In this document: piece after piece, positions 64,000 through 64,000 of the stretch
Layout of the letters: every line of letters begins with the position of its first letter
Numbering within the stretch: the first letter of the stretch is position 1
From: Diplonema japonicum
Lineage: Eukaryota; Protista; Euglenozoa: Diplonemea
Reading direction: 5' to 3'
DNA: 64,000 bases
Assembly (NCBI GenBank): GCA_964019335.1
Contig: OZ025701.1
Coordinates: 372,001 to 436,000 of the forward strand
The notes under the pieces: model-generated
Databases searched by the model: none
What the model was told of the DNA's origin: nothing
Seen by the model: only the letters and a program-made list of their open reading frames with translations
Position numbers and translations under genes: made by a program

Positions 64000-64000
64000 A

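Noticed and set aside
1-64000. tRNA, rRNA, SL RNA or snRNA genes
   Set aside because: I recognised none by eye; tRNAscan-SE and Infernal would be needed to exclude them.

Overview
Eukaryotic nuclear DNA, very likely a euglenozoan and probably a diplonemid. This is an inference from three things: a BILBO1-like gene, about 28 credible genes all on the minus strand with short gaps (polycistron-like), and, unlike kinetoplastids, many GT-AG cis-introns. I could place 21 introns by restoring reading frames. Twenty are only 33-59 nt long, 12 start GTATG, and most have A- or AC-rich rather than pyrimidine-rich acceptors. Several genes missing or fragmented in the ORF track are intact once spliced: a small Tim, ornithine decarboxylase, a papain protease, a ~2400-aa surface protein, a Cav channel, SF3B4 and a Kv channel. 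The most notable accessory content is three R-S-E ADP-ribosyltransferase (ART) genes in unusual fusions. One is a pseudokinase-ART-ankyrin gene whose ankyrin module appears to have been replaced by a near-identical copy of the neighbouring ankyrin-only gene, with the displaced old tail still visible. The other two are tandem CAP-EF-hand-ART paralogs with patchy identity, near a Nudix protein that lacks its catalytic glutamates. Also present: a BMP-type solute-binding domain fused to a Cys-less pentameric ligand-gated channel, a bacterial-type Asp/Glu racemase with an IQ-like motif, an EEEE Cav channel with two WW domains, several MITE-like elements, a hAT-like remnant, and a two-copy element with one constant 79-bp hairpin end that sits inside A/T homopolymer runs. 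All family calls come from motif recognition by eye; no searches were run.
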